From Octopus bimaculoides (Eukaryota), in NCBI RefSeq assembly GCF_001194135.2, contig NC_068993.1:14172864-14236863 (forward strand): a DNA stretch of 64,000 nt, written 5' to 3'. Below, piece after piece: positions 63,515 to 64,000 of the stretch. The number at the start of each line of letters is the position of its first letter. Within the stretch, counting starts at the first letter, position 1. A model generated the notes under the pieces. The model saw only the letters and a program-made list of their open reading frames with translations, was not told the origin of the DNA and searched no databases. The position numbers and the translations under genes were made by a program.

Positions 63515-63571
63515 CTAATTATTTATTATTATTATCATTATTATTATTATCGTTATTATTATTATTATTAC

Positions 63572-63626
<55 letters not shown>

Positions 63627-63730
63627 ATTATCATCAACATCATCATATGCAGCATCACCATCATTATCATTATTATTATTATGATCATCACCGCCACTAC
63701 CACCATCACCATCATCATCATCATCACCAT

Positions 63731-63773
<43 letters not shown>

Positions 63774-63870
63774 GTCATCATCATCATCGTCATCATCATC
63801 ATCATCATCATCGCTATCATCATCGTCATCATCGTCATCGCAATCGTCACCATTGTCGTTATTACTATTC
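63515..63870 (+). repeat. Compound triplet microsatellite (ATT)n-(ATC)n-(GTC/ATC)n
   Basis: Direct inspection. Confidence 0.95.
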
Positions 63871-63944
63871 TATCGCAGTTAGTAATGTGCTAGACAATTT
63901 TCTTTTTTCTTTTTTTTTGGTTTTAAGAGGGGTGTCTATTTTAG

Positions 63945-63946
<2 letters not shown>

Positions 63947-64000
<54 letters not shown>
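63947..64000 (+). repeat. (GT)n microsatellite running to the window end
   Basis: Direct inspection. Confidence 0.97.

Overview
AT-rich, microsatellite-saturated animal genomic DNA from a gapped short-read scaffold: 19 N-gaps, about 7.3 kb, nearly all bordered by (TA)n, (CA)n, (AAT)n or (GATA)n. The tRNA-derived SINE families and repeat texture point to a coleoid cephalopod, most likely Octopus (inference). No complete protein-coding gene, rRNA, tRNA gene or CRISPR array is supported, and most ORF-track entries are microsatellite or gap artefacts. The recognisable content is a transposon graveyard. It holds about 20 SINE copies or fragments from several families, three Penelope-like element (PLE) fragments, an R4/Dong fragment inside (AAT)n, and a CR1-group RT C-terminus. 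It also holds a DD37D (maT-type) Tc1/mariner, a mellifera-type mariner and a Chapaev3-like transposase, plus two doubtful decayed LINEs. The most interesting structures are: (1) a head-to-head SINE pair enclosed by one 12-bp direct repeat; (2) two cases of a young SINE inserted at the same A-box position of an older relative; (3) hammerhead-ribozyme-like cores with a palindromic stem III but essentially no stem II; (4) five hairpins within about 300 bp near 19.4 kb; (5) a weak, unverified plus-strand exon chain near 49 kb. I found nothing I can confidently call a new biological system.
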